Shown here: positions 59,017-64,000 of the stretch, piece after piece
How the letters are laid out: each line of letters opens with the position of its first letter
Position numbering within the stretch: position 1 is the stretch's first letter
Virus record (IMG/VR): IMGVR_UViG_3300012931_000759
Span: 124,001 to 188,000 of that record
Strand: one strand, 5' to 3'
Length of the DNA: 64,000 nucleotides
Notes under the pieces: model-generated
Database searches by the model: none
What the model saw: the letters and a program-made list of their open reading frames with translations, nothing else
Told to the model about the DNA's origin: nothing
Program-made: the position numbers and the translations under genes

Positions 59017-60137
59017 ACCTGCGCCAGAGGTTATTGGTCCTGCGCCCCGCCATGGCGGCGGCCGCCCAGAAGGTGGTCGACGAGTGGCAGCTGGACGAGG
59101 AGGGGCTTGATCCGGAGCTGGGCGCGGGCGGGATCTGCGACCGCGTGGCCGACGCCATCACCGACACGCTGTACTCCCATCTCGGCGATGTCGAGGTGGC
59201 GCTTGGCGCTCCGGAGGGCGAGGACCACCAGTGGGTTGTTGTGAGTGACGGGAAGGAGGCCTTTGTGGTCGACATCCCGCCAGGCGCGTACGAAACCGGC
59301 GGCGGCTACGCCTGGACAAAGATCGAAGGCGCCCGGATCGAACCAAGTGATGTGTTCGTAGGCCCGATCGACCTAGAACTAGCGCAAGACCTTCTCAAGG
59401 AGGGTGGACGGATGCATAGACTCGTTGTCCTGGCCGAGGCGCTCGAGGCGCTCGGCGAAGCGAACAGTGCCGCGCTCGCGCGCGTGCTGGCGGTCCCCGA
59501 ACTCGTCAGCGAGGCACAGGGCTGGGCTGATCGGTTTTTTAAGGCGAATCCCGAACTACTGGACAGGGCTGAGCAATTCGCTGAGGCCAAGGGTATCTCA
59601 GTCGGGCAATATCTCGGCCATCTTGAGCAGCTTCCGGAGGATATCGGCCGCAAAAAGGTCCATCAGGATCTCGGTTATGTCGGAATGGGCGCGGCGTGGT
59701 CCCCGACCGGTAAACCGACCGCAAAACCGGAGCCTAAGCCGGAGAAGCCGGAGCCGAAACTACAGCCGGAGACCGAACTCCGGTGGCCGTTCCCGCCGCC
59801 GAATGTCCTCCAGGACAGAAAGGCCTTCATTGCCGCCGCCCTCGGATGGGCGATGGGCGAGGGCAGGGACCTCTACGGGCGCATGTACGGTTCGCAGGGG
59901 CTGCGCGACACGGGCAGGAAGGGGGAGGTGGGGGCTGCGCGCGCCTATCTGCGATACCTCATGAAGGATGTGGCGCCGCGCCTGGCCGCCACCCTGCAGG
60001 CCAAATGGAAGGAGGCCTCGACCAAGGGCGACACGGAGGCGCAGCGCACGCTGAGAGCCTGGTGGTCGTCGCTGTCGGACGTGTGGGAGCTGATCCAGGA
60101 TATGGTCGGCAACATCAACGAATATTCTATGGAATAG
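59013..60137 (+). CDS. Two-module hypothetical protein; N-terminal module has a possible papain/transglutaminase-like C-H-D triad
   Basis: GGICD..HQWVV..VVDI; second module starts at an internal AAGGAGG..ATG (59412). Confidence 0.7.
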   Translation: MNLRQRLLVLRPAMAAAAQKVVDEWQLDEEGLDPELGAGGICDRVADAITDTLYSHLGDVEVALGAPEGEDHQWVVVSDGKEAFVVDIPPGAYETGGGYAWTKIEGARIEPSDVFVGPIDLELAQDLLKEGGRMHRLVVLAEALEALGEANSAALARVLAVPELVSEAQGWADRFFKANPELLDRAEQFAEAKGISVGQYLGHLEQLPEDIGRKKVHQDLGYVGMGAAWSPTGKPTAKPEPKPEKPEPKLQPETELRWPFPPPNVLQDRKAFIAAALGWAMGEGRDLYGRMYGSQGLRDTGRKGEVGAARAYLRYLMKDVAPRLAATLQAKWKEASTKGDTEAQRTLRAWWSSLSDVWELIQDMVGNINEYSME

Positions 60138-60140
60138 TTA

Positions 60141-60815
60141 ATGGTTTCTGGGATATACCTCATAACAAACACCATAAATGGCCATCGGTATGTGGGCAGC
60201 AGCGCCGATGTTGACATGCGCTGGAGCCAGCACAAATGGAATGCCGGAAAGAACAAACACATAAACCCTCATTTTCAGCATGCCTGGAACAAATACGGGC
60301 AACAAGCATTCGCGTTCGAGGTGTTGGAAATTGTACCGGATCCTGCTGATTTGGTGACCATAGAGCAGTACTACCTGGATTGGCTGGAACCGGAGTACAA
60401 CATTTGTCCTGTGGCGGGTAGTTGCCTTGGTCGGGCGTGTTCCAAACAGCATCGGGCAAGAATCAGCGCGTCGCACAAGGGCAAAGTGCTGTCGGAGGAA
60501 CACAAGACCAAGATCAGCGCGTCTCATCAAGGCAAGCCCCTGTCGCAATCGCATCGGGATCACATAGGTGCCGCACATCTTGGACGACACCTTTCCGAGG
60601 AGACCAGAGCGAAACTCAGGGCCGCAAACATGGGAAAATGTCCTTCTGAAGCGACATTGGCGGCAGTACGCAAAGCAAATAAAGGAAGGCCATTGTCCGA
60701 GGAACATCGTGCCAAATTGAGTGCGGCACACAAGGGCAAGGTGTTTTCTGACGAACACCGCGCCAGGTTGAGCGAAGCGGCCAAACGCAGATATGGTCGC
60801 TTGTCGGAGGGCTAG
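60141..60815 (+). mobile_element. Free-standing GIY-YIG homing endonuclease with NUMOD3 repeats
   Basis: SGIYLITNTINGHRYVGSS; repeated SEEHRAKLSAAHKGK. Confidence 0.88.
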
Positions 60816-60818
60816 GCC

Positions 60819-61202
60819 ATGGCGACTCCACCGCTCTCCAAGAGGAGCAATTCCACACCGCTGCTTCCCATCTCGAAGCGGGCGCAGGATCCCGTGCGCC
60901 GCACGGCTGAGTCCATCCTGAAGATCATCACCTTCATCCTTTTCCGCGTGGCGCCGAAAGACAAGACACGATACCTACAGCGTATTAGAGGAAAAATACT
61001 AAGGATTCCAACAGGGCAAGTGAGTCTGAAAAAGTTGCCGCAAACAGCGGCCATTGGACAAGCTATCAGTTTGACCAAAAACATCTTGTCCGGTTTGAAC
61101 CCCTTCTTTGTCAAAAGAGTGGTGGACGAACTGGCGAACCTTATGCTTCTACAGGTGCCCGTTCGCCAGACTCTACCAATCCAGCGACCTAGGGTCCAAT
61201 GA
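60819..61202 (+). CDS. Small basic hypothetical protein with tandem PLSKRS/PISKRA N-terminal motifs
   Basis: MATPPLSKRSNSTPLLPISKRA; GGAGG upstream. Confidence 0.75.
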   Translation: MATPPLSKRSNSTPLLPISKRAQDPVRRTAESILKIITFILFRVAPKDKTRYLQRIRGKILRIPTGQVSLKKLPQTAAIGQAISLTKNILSGLNPFFVKRVVDELANLMLLQVPVRQTLPIQRPRVQ

Positions 61203-61855
61203 TGAAAACCTGTACGCGCTGTAACCAACCAAAATCCAAAGACGAATTCTACGCAGATCATAGGGTTTACGACGGACGACGAAGTGTTTGTAAACAGTGT
61301 CAAGATACTGTGAATAATCAATATCGCACTCAGCATAAGAATGAGGTGGAGGCACAGCGGGCCGCCTATCGCGAAGCGCACAAAAACGAGAACCAGGCGT
61401 ATCAGAAGCAATATCGTGCCATCCACAGACAAGAACTATCTGAGAAAAAACGGGCATACTACAATCAGTCCGATGTGAGGGATGCGAAACAACTCCATGA
61501 CAGGGCGTACCATGCTAGTAACAAAGAAAGTCGCGCGGAGACCATGAAGCGTTGGCGGCAAACTGACGCCGGACAGGCCTCCAGAGCAAATTCGTGTGCC
61601 AAACGTCGCTCCAGGGTTGGAGACAACATCATCTCAACAACCGAGTGGCAACTCATCATGTCCAATGCCAACTGGCATTGCGTTTATTGTGACATCGCGC
61701 TCACCCCAGAAAACCGTAGTCTGGATCATGTGGTGCCTCTATCGAAAAACGGATCACATTGCGTAGACAATCTAGTGGCATGTTGTAGAACATGTAATTC
61801 CAGTAAAAAAGACAAACCTGTCCTGGAATTTGTCTCCAACAGAGGTCAGATATGA
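61199..61855 (+). mobile_element. Free-standing HNH endonuclease
   Basis: CTRC..CKQC N-terminus; CVYC..DHVVPLS..G.H..NLV.CC..CN..K. Confidence 0.88.
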
Positions 61856-63345
61856 TTCCCCTCAGCAAACGCGCGATCCAGGTCGTCATCGAGCCGCTTG
61901 ATCCTGCGGTCCAGCAGGCTGTGACGCGCATCAATGCGCGCGACCCTGCTCTTCTTGCGCGTGTCCACAAGATTGTGGTACACCCAGGTGGCGGAGCCGA
62001 GTTGGGTCATGTTCAATCCGGAAAAGGACATGATCCGCAGGAGATCCACCTTTTCAAGGGGCGCATAGAGCAGATGGTTCGTCAGCAGACCAGCGCCACC
62101 GGCGTGAAGCCAACCCCGACGGATTTCGCCCAGGCTTTGGAACAGGCAATAGTGGAAGTAATCGGCCATGAGGCCGGGCACATCGGGCCGGAGCGGCCGA
62201 TTGTGCCGGGAGCGCAGCCTTTCCTTGGGGAACCGGAGGCTGAGACGAAGGCCAAGGAGACCGTCCGGAGGATCTATCCCGGAGCCGTCGCGCACGCGGC
62301 CATCGAACTGGACGACATCAGACGGAAATTCATGCCAGATGCCCCCATGGGCGAGCCGGATCTGGCCTTTGTGGCAAAGGTTGCCGCCGGAAACGGCGCT
62401 GGCGCCCTGCGCGACGGGTTGAGGATCTTGCGCCACGGCAGCGTGCCTGTGGCTTTGGCTATGGGACAGGCCTGCGTGTTCAACAGCCAGGTCGCGCGTC
62501 GCACGGATGTGGCCAGGAAGTTGGGCTTCCTAGTGAGCCTGTTTGGGGCGCTGCCGAACTCCAACGATTTCGCGATGGCGCTTGCCGCCTGCCAAACGGA
62601 CAACGGCCTCGAGCCGACAGGGAAGCTCGACCGTCCAACCATAGCGCACCTGCGCGCCCGCATGGCGCCCTCCGAGGAGTTCCCGCGCAACTTCGGCATG
62701 GTGGCCGAGGGACTGTATCGCGGAAGGCAGCCCGACAGCATCGGGCAGCTCGCGGCCCTGCGCGACAGGCTGGGCGTCCGCCGCGTTGTGACGCTGAACG
62801 ACGACGGCCCACCGATCGCCGACTGGTGCCGCCAGCTGGGCCTGGGGCACCTCCACGCGATGCTGTCGTCCGGCGCTCCCCAGGAGCCCGGATGGCAGGT
62901 TTTCGGCCCCGAGCTGTCGGATTTCCTGCTTGAGACCCCCACATTCGTCCATTGCCGCCATGGAGCCGACCGGACGGGCGGCGTCGTGGCGCGGTGCCGC
63001 ACCGAGATGGGTTGGCCCTGCGACCTGGCATACGCCGAAGCCAAAGCCTTCGGTTTCAAGGACCGTTTCCCCGACATGGTCGACCGGTTTACCGACGCCT
63101 GCGGACACGACCCGCACGGGCACCGGCACCCGCCCATCGACACCGCCCTGATCCGCCGCATCATGGGGGCGGAGCTTGCCGCCAACGCCCCGCGTCCTTC
63201 GGTCGAGCAGGATCTGCTCGAGCCCACCCCGTTTGACCTCCACTACACCACCGACAACAACAGCTACGAGAGTGGGATCGATACGATCCTGTCGCCATAT
63301 TCCATCATGTCTATTCCGACAGGTTTTCCGGGGGCGGGGAGATGA
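61852..63345 (+). CDS. Mosaic protein: HExxH module + peptidoglycan-binding-like helix pair + tyrosine/dual-specificity phosphatase
   Basis: PLSKRA N-terminus; IGHEAGH; CQTDNGLEPTGKLD..T; LYRG.QP, FVHCRHGADRTG (CX5R). Confidence 0.8.
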   Translation: MIPLSKRAIQVVIEPLDPAVQQAVTRINARDPALLARVHKIVVHPGGGAELGHVQSGKGHDPQEIHLFKGRIEQMVRQQTSATGVKPTPTDFAQALEQAIVEVIGHEAGHIGPERPIVPGAQPFLGEPEAETKAKETVRRIYPGAVAHAAIELDDIRRKFMPDAPMGEPDLAFVAKVAAGNGAGALRDGLRILRHGSVPVALAMGQACVFNSQVARRTDVARKLGFLVSLFGALPNSNDFAMALAACQTDNGLEPTGKLDRPTIAHLRARMAPSEEFPRNFGMVAEGLYRGRQPDSIGQLAALRDRLGVRRVVTLNDDGPPIADWCRQLGLGHLHAMLSSGAPQEPGWQVFGPELSDFLLETPTFVHCRHGADRTGGVVARCRTEMGWPCDLAYAEAKAFGFKDRFPDMVDRFTDACGHDPHGHRHPPIDTALIRRIMGAELAANAPRPSVEQDLLEPTPFDLHYTTDNNSYESGIDTILSPYSIMSIPTGFPGAGR

Positions 63346-63911
63346 GTTGTGAACTGACCCTCCTTGTACACCTAGCCGACGAGTTGGACAGGCGCGGAAT
63401 GCTCTGGGAAGCTGATGAGGTCGACCACATAGTGCGCTTGGCTGTCGGCGGGCCGGATGTAAGGGACTGGTTGCGCCGCCAGTATGAGCGTCTGCGCCGA
63501 CTCTTTTCCAGGAAAAAGACTGATCCAGGTGCCGCGAAGACGTACGACGCCGCTGCGGCGAACCGTCTGGATGACATGTTGCGTCGCAAACAGAGTGGCC
63601 CGCCGGATGAGCGCGTGTTTCTCTGGTTTTGCCAGCAGTTCCCGAATTCCTGTCCAGCTTGTCGCGGCCGACACGGCCGCATGCGAACCATGCGCCAATG
63701 GCGCGGGGAAGGCCTGCCAGGCCCCATGGTCTGTGAAAAGGACGATTGCGCGTGCCACCTTGTGCCGCTGCTGCCAGGAGGTGTTGCCCAGATGGATGAG
63801 GATGGCGACATCATGGCGAACATTACCGGCCTCCAGGAGGACAGCTCTGGCCACAGCATGAATCAAGGATTTGCTCTCGAGCCCTTCTTCAGCGACACAA
63901 CAACTAGTTGA
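63342..63911 (+). CDS. Helical-tag protein with MuF/gp7-like Cys-rich C-terminal module
   Basis: LADELDRRG..EADEVD; CPAC..RHG..W...GLPG...C..DC.C.L.P. Confidence 0.65.
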   Translation: MSCELTLLVHLADELDRRGMLWEADEVDHIVRLAVGGPDVRDWLRRQYERLRRLFSRKKTDPGAAKTYDAAAANRLDDMLRRKQSGPPDERVFLWFCQQFPNSCPACRGRHGRMRTMRQWRGEGLPGPMVCEKDDCACHLVPLLPGGVAQMDEDGDIMANITGLQEDSSGHSMNQGFALEPFFSDTTTS

Positions 63912-63917
63912 GAAAGC

Positions 63918-63992
63918 CTGAGCGGCATCTACTTGATTACCAACCGCGTGAATAGAAAACAGTACATTATCGCAGCAAAACACACGGACTAG
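63918..63992 (+). pseudogene. Truncated GIY-YIG endonuclease remnant
   Basis: Reads LSGIYLITNRVNRKQYIIAAKHTD*; no ATG and a premature stop. Confidence 0.55.
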
Positions 63993-64000
63993 ACAAAACA

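Noticed and set aside
1-64000. Alternative genetic code (stop-codon reassignment)
   Set aside because: Conserved genes are full length in the standard code, and TAA, TAG and TGA all end genes at sensible positions.
1-64000. Bacterial chromosome origin, suggested by dnaE, recA, tig and dnaJ
   Set aside because: The genes are divergent and lack their usual bacterial neighbours. They co-occur with terminase, portal, SSB/UvsY-like genes and homing endonucleases on one strand.

Overview
This window looks like 64 kb of a large (jumbo-type) tailed dsDNA phage genome. It is GC-rich, all convincing genes lie on the + strand, many are coupled by ATGA overlaps, and it uses the standard genetic code. 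About 0.1-27.8 kb is a replication, recombination and host-takeover block: FtsK-like ATPase, Prim-Pol, SbcD/SbcC, dNMP kinase, Cas4/RecB-like nuclease, two sigma-like proteins, trigger factor, DnaE, UvsY-like protein, SSB, RuvC, DnaJ, RecA and an intein-containing UDP-sugar dehydrogenase. About 27.9-64 kb is a head and packaging block: GpA-type terminase, a portal with two inteins, a CCA/poly(A)-type nucleotidyltransferase, many unknown proteins, five free-standing homing-endonuclease-like genes across the window, and one remnant. The most striking unexplained structure is in the head block. (i) A ~21-aa helical tag (LxxLAxxLDxxGxxxxADxxD) recurs 10 times in 8 otherwise unrelated proteins. (ii) A P-[LI]-S-[KR]-x-[AST] motif recurs 9 times, always at protein termini or domain junctions. 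(iii) Two adjacent giant mosaic proteins together carry all three LigD (NHEJ) catalytic domains, plus lysozyme-like, ASCH, DJ-1/PfpI and 2H-phosphoesterase domains and a paralogue of an unknown multi-zinc-finger protein. My inference is a virion 'cargo polyprotein' system that packages and proteolytically releases a nucleic-acid repair and anti-defence kit. All family calls come from motif recognition by eye; no searches were run.
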